Below the pieces are notes generated by a model. The model was not told the DNA's origin. It saw only the letters and a list, made by a program, of their open reading frames with translations, and made no database searches. A DNA stretch of 64,000 nucleotides, from positions 30,814,001 to 30,878,000 of the forward strand of contig OZ024761.1 of NCBI GenBank assembly GCA_964016885.1, read 5' to 3'. Position numbers and translations under genes: made by a program. Shown here in pieces: positions 63,186 to 64,000 of this stretch (position 1 is its first letter; each line of letters opens with the position of its first letter). The DNA comes from Eledone cirrhosa. Taxonomy: Eukaryota.

Positions 63186-63325
63186 ATGTGATTGGAGTTG
63201 TTACTAACACCAGCGATATCAGTACTGTGGTTGGACGACAGAGTAATAAGGAATTCTCCAAACGGGAACTACAACTTGCTGACCAATCAGGGATGTCAGT
63301 TCGACTGACAATCTGGGGAAGTGAG
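63186..63325 (+). CDS. RPA1: RPA1 exon, DBD-B (D)VIGVVTNTSDISTVVGRQSNKEFSKRELQLADQSGMSVRLTIWGSE; gene continues beyond window
   Basis: CAG/GTAGGT bounded, 140 nt phase 1-0; DxIG..KR..L.DxSG..V..TxWG OB-fold motif. Confidence 0.95.
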
Positions 63326-64000
63326 GTAGGTTCTAGCTTAGACCTCTATCTGTGTGTGTGTATATGTGCATATATATTGCTATACTTTGGGAGGGTCATG
63401 CTGCTAATAAAAACACACGCACCTGTTGGTTTTGGTGTGTGTTTTTATTGGCAGCATGACACTCCCAAAGTATAACCATATCTGTTTCAACACACGTTTT
63501 CAGATAAGAAATCTCGCAAAACAAATTTTGTATATATATTGGGCTGTCAAGTATGAAATTTGTAGAAATTTGTCTTTTTTTTTTTCTACAAATTTCATAC
63601 TTGACGACATAATATATATGTATACTAGCATAATGGAACCCTGCGCGAACACACGCACACATGTTAATTACTTATAGCTTTCCTTCCCCTCTTCCAGCAT
63701 CTCTCTCTCTCTCCCGCTATCCCCCTCTTTTAGTCTGTCTGTTTCTTTCACTCTCACTCTTTCTCTTTATAACTCACTCACATTAATACTAAAGGATTAA
63801 GGTATTGTTCTCAAAATAAATAATATTAAATCTATGAGATTTTTATATTATGTGAGATAAAGCCTTTACCATGAAAATAATATAGTATATATATAGAGTA
63901 ATATAAATGCTAAAGGGTTAATTCCATCAGACCATGTGATAGTTTATAATCACTCGTGCATGCAAACGCACGCAAACTCACACACACGCAATATTTATTC

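Overview
AT-rich, intron-rich eukaryotic DNA dense in (TA)n/(CA)n microsatellites, RTE-type LINEs, tRNA-derived SINEs and MITEs. The repeat landscape resembles an octopus-like cephalopod genome (inference). I reconstructed two protein-coding genes by hand from GT-AG junctions. (1) A complete merlin/NF2 orthologue on the minus strand: 15 coding exons, 42766->17810, 1797 nt, 598 aa, FERM domain with YQMTPEM blue box and C-terminal ARVAFFEEL. (2) The 5' part of RPA1 on the plus strand: 11 exons from 44151 to 63325, continuing past the window, including two candidate symmetric microexons. The genes are head-to-head with ATGs about 1.4 kb apart. The spacer holds E2F/YY1-like sites, a duplicated ~55-bp motif and a GC-rich ~280-nt segment that folds by eye into a nested multibranch RNA, which is the best candidate for something undescribed. 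Also notable: inverted ~2-kb LINE copies bracketing an in-frame 753-nt block of merlin exons, degenerate hammerhead-ribozyme cores and foldback hairpins inside (TA)n islands, LINE-tail-derived tandem arrays (one with higher-order structure), and a SINE sharing its 3' tail with a local LINE. Possible 3' exons of an unidentified gene lie at 118-2272. Most ORFs in the supplied track are microsatellite, antisense or repeat artefacts. No searches were run; comparisons with human genes are from memory.
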